IMG/VR virus record: IMGVR_UViG_2534682108_000014
Coordinates: 1 to 14,290 of that record
Length of the DNA: 14,290 nucleotides
Origin: a virus
Lineage: Duplodnaviria; Heunggongvirae; Uroviricota; Caudoviricetes
Direction: 5' to 3' (one strand)
Position 1 is the first letter of the stretch. The number at the start of each line of letters is the position of its first letter. Shown here piece by piece: positions 13,579 to 14,290 of this stretch. Below the pieces are notes generated by a model. That model saw nothing but the letters and a program-made list of their open reading frames with translations. It ran no database searches and had not been told where the DNA came from. Position numbers and translations under genes: made by a program.

Positions 13579-13619
13579 CTGAACTCGCTACGGCGGGTTT
13601 TGTTTTATGGAGACAAGAA

Positions 13620-13964
13620 ATGTCAGATTTGGCTATGAAGGTTTTGAAATGGCAATCGACTGGCGATGTCGGCATCAGTAGCGCAACTCTTGCCTCAATC
13701 GCATGTGGACTGAAAAAGAATATCTATGGTCATAGCTTCGGTGCTCCACATGACGCAGCCGATTTCAGACGATGCGTTGCACTTGTTGAGCAGATTCCAG
13801 AAATCAGAGATTCATTCGACAAGGTTGCAAAGCGCGTTCCGGCATTCAAAGGAATCCTCAACGAATGGGATTCACTCGTTGCTCTGTTGAAGTCTGAAAT
13901 GAAGATACACGGAAACAAAGCACCAGAGACTTACAGAAGAATTAGCGAGTTACGCAAGGACTAA
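13620..13964 (+). CDS. Hypothetical protein (114 aa)
   Basis: ATG 13620 with GGAGA 6 nt upstream; intact ORF on the operon strand. No motif recognised. Confidence 0.6.
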   Translation: MSDLAMKVLKWQSTGDVGISSATLASIACGLKKNIYGHSFGAPHDAADFRRCVALVEQIPEIRDSFDKVAKRVPAFKGILNEWDSLVALLKSEMKIHGNKAPETYRRISELRKD

Positions 13965-14023
13965 CCACAGCCTCACACTCGATGAGGCCAGTTCATTTCT
14001 CAAGATATCCAGACCTACCATCG

Positions 14024-14047
14024 CCGCATCAATGCGGTTTTTTTATT
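14024..14047 (+). terminator. Rho-independent terminator upstream of the xis-like gene
   Basis: CCGCA-tcaa-TGCGG (5-bp stem, tetraloop) followed by a run of nine T. Confidence 0.45.
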
Positions 14048-14089
14048 GCCTGATTTGCAGGTTCGATTCCCTATTCGGAGATAGCACTC

Positions 14090-14290
14090 ATGCAACACGA
14101 ACTACAGCCTGATTCACTGGTTGATTTGAAATTCATCATGGCCGATACTGGCTTCGGTAAAACCTTCATCTATGACCGGATTAAGTCCGGGGACCTGCCT
14201 AAAGCCAAAGTTATCCACGGGCGAGCAAGATGGTTATATCGTGACCATTGTGAATTCAAAAATAAGCTCTTAAGCCGCGCCAATGGGTAA
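14090..14290 (+). CDS. AlpA/Xis-family small DNA-binding protein (putative excisionase), 66 aa
   Basis: LVDLKFIMADTGFGKTFIYDRIKSGDLPKAKVIHGRARWLYRDHCEF fits the AlpA/excisionase pattern (helix-turn-helix then conserved R.W). Sits at the distal end of the PL operon, where xis-int are expected. Stop codon is the last triplet of the window. Confidence 0.6.
   Translation: MQHELQPDSLVDLKFIMADTGFGKTFIYDRIKSGDLPKAKVIHGRARWLYRDHCEFKNKLLSRANG

Noticed and set aside
1-14290. Scan for insertion sequences, integrase or transposase genes, tRNA or rRNA genes
   Set aside because: No transposase-like ORF, terminal inverted repeats, or cloverleaf-capable tRNA-like segments were recognised. The window appears to be contiguous phage early-region DNA, and the integrase is expected beyond the right edge.

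Overview
This window reads as the early/immunity region of a P22-like lambdoid (pro)phage, in reverse orientation to the conventional lambda map. All calls rest on my own reading and translation of the sequence and on recalled family features; no database search was possible, so product names are homology-by-memory and genes under 60 aa are less certain. Minus strand (rightward early operon): cro, nutR, a cII/C1-like activator, a small basic ORF, an O-like initiator carrying internal ori iterons, a DnaB-type helicase, three small genes with an internal terminator, then ninB, ninE, a nin-region hypothetical, ninF (with an in-frame TAA), ninG, ninH and the start of a NinI-type phosphatase cut by the window edge. 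Centre: a P22-type C2 repressor flanked by three OR operators and an OL/PL region. Plus strand (leftward early operon): nutL, a gene-24/N-like antiterminator, three uncharacterised genes (one a 2-TM membrane protein), a structured intergenic region, a CIII-like peptide, two tiny ORFs, erf, an SSB-like gene, a chain of coupled ea-type ORFs, a Lar-like gene, an ASCH-like gene and an AlpA-type xis. No rRNA, tRNA, CRISPR array or transposase was seen. The best candidates for undescribed biology are the three-gene cassette between N and c3, the terminator-bounded small membrane protein next to the nin region, the structured intergenic element upstream of c3, and the coupled ea-gene chain.
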